Positions 63,060-64,000 of a DNA stretch of 64,000 bases are shown in pieces. The stretch's first letter is position 1; each line of letters begins with the position of its first letter. The stretch covers positions 160,001 to 224,000 of the forward strand of contig CAWJSJ010000004.1 of NCBI GenBank assembly GCA_963845565.1. The letters run 5' to 3'. The stretch is from an uncultured Methylomirabilota bacterium. GTDB lineage: Bacteria; Methylomirabilota; Methylomirabilia; Methylomirabilales; 2-02-FULL-66-22. The position numbers and the translations under genes are program-made. The notes under the pieces were generated by a model. That model did not search any database, was not told the DNA's origin, and saw only the letters and a program-made list of their open reading frames with translations.

Positions 63060-63452
63060 CTACTCGGGGACGTTCCGGACGAAGGAGTTCGCCAGGATCT
63101 TTCGCAGCTCGGACGCCAGCGCCGCGTCCGGGATTTCCCGCAGGATCACCCGCAAGGAAAAGCCGCACTTCTTGCACCGCTTGTATTGAAACACCCAGCG
63201 GCCGTCTTCTTGCGGCGTTCCGATTTCCTCCATATCCGTGAAGCAGCACGGGCCGGATCGGACCGGCGAGACGATGCGCTCCGGGAACTGGTTCTTCGCC
63301 GGCTTCTGGTCCGTGTATTCCACGATGGTCGCCAGGGGCTGCTCCACGTTCCCGCCGTGGGAGAGCCGAGAGGCGGCCGAGCGATCGGCCGGCCGGCGAG
63401 CTTCCAGGTTCGAGCCGATGGCACTTCTCTTCATTTCGATTCGACGGGCCAT
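63060..63452 (-). CDS. Hypothetical protein with a CC...CxxC zinc-ribbon-like motif
   Basis: GPCC...YKRCKKCGF; directly downstream of tetR with a GGGG RBS. Confidence 0.6.
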   Translation of the reverse strand: MARRIEMKRSAIGSNLEARRPADRSAASRLSHGGNVEQPLATIVEYTDQKPAKNQFPERIVSPVRSGPCCFTDMEEIGTPQEDGRWVFQYKRCKKCGFSLRVILREIPDAALASELRKILANSFVRNVPE

Positions 63453-63461
63453 GGTGTCCCC

Positions 63462-64000
63462 CTATGAGGTGTGGCGGTCCTCGGTGTGTTGAGCCACGCG
63501 GTGCAAAGTCACGTGCGCCTTCAGTTCGTCCATGACGTTCGCCATCAGATCGGCATTCCGGTGCAACTTTCCCATCATGAAGGCTCCCTCCAGCCCGGCA
63601 AGGATGAAGTGGGCCAAGCGGGGGATGTCCGTTCCGGGCCGCAATGTGTCCTGGAGTCTCGCGCGTTCGAGAGTTGCCTCGAGCTTCGACTGCAACTGGC
63701 CGAAGGCCTGGCTCAATCGCGTCCGGAACCCTTCGTGGACATCGCTCATCTCCATCGCAAGATTGCCCAGCGGGCATCCTCCCGTGCATCCGTCCCGCCG
63801 GACCCGCTCCATCGGGAACTCCAAGAACATCTCCAGCTGCGTCCACGGGTCGAGATCTGTCGCGAAGACCCGCTCGAGCACATCTTCCCGGATCCGTTCC
63901 AACGTCCGATCCAGCGCAGCGTAGCCCAGTTCGTCCTTGCTCTTGAAATAGTAGTAGAGGTTGCCTTTCCCGACGCCGCTCTCGCGCAGGATGTCGTCCA
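63462..64000 (-). CDS. TetR family regulator, 5' partial
   Basis: DDILRESGVGKGNLYYYFKSKDEL at the window edge; GCPLGNLA. Confidence 0.9.
   Translation of the reverse strand, partial: DDILRESGVGKGNLYYYFKSKDELGYAALDRTLERIREDVLERVFATDLDPWTQLEMFLEFPMERVRRDGCTGGCPLGNLAMEMSDVHEGFRTRLSQAFGQLQSKLEATLERARLQDTLRPGTDIPRLAHFILAGLEGAFMMGKLHRNADLMANVMDELKAHVTLHRVAQHTEDRHTS

Overview
High-GC bacterial chromosome window. Both flanks (1-16.4 kb and 38-64 kb) are mostly intact metabolic and transport genes: asparaginase, M42 peptidase, fucU, TRAP and ABC transporters, comM, smpB, nagB, icd, amidases, glgB, HU, a liv-type operon, rfbC, TolC and TetR. The tmRNA gene (16460-16809, tag ANNELALAA) is followed by a roughly 21 kb integrase-less accessory region (16.8-37.5 kb). 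It holds toxin-antitoxin modules, gene fragments, an IS3-like element inserted in higB, and genes for a WYL regulator, SDH serine protease, vWA, AAA ATPase, HD, TPR and DUF2779 proteins. The best signal is a palindrome, GTGAC-N7-GTCAC, placed exactly 10 nt before a -10 box at three separate promoters in this region (17129, 24740, 35094). This matches the geometry of WYL-activated (PafBC/DriD-type) promoters and suggests a dispersed WYL regulon covering the protease, vWA and TPR-DUF2779 genes. Other notable items are a GDT1/TMEM165-MntP fusion, preferential loss of toxin halves, several MITE-like families and heptamer tandem repeats. Many island genes are frameshifted, which could be real decay or sequencing indels. 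All product calls come from motif recognition by eye; no database search was run.
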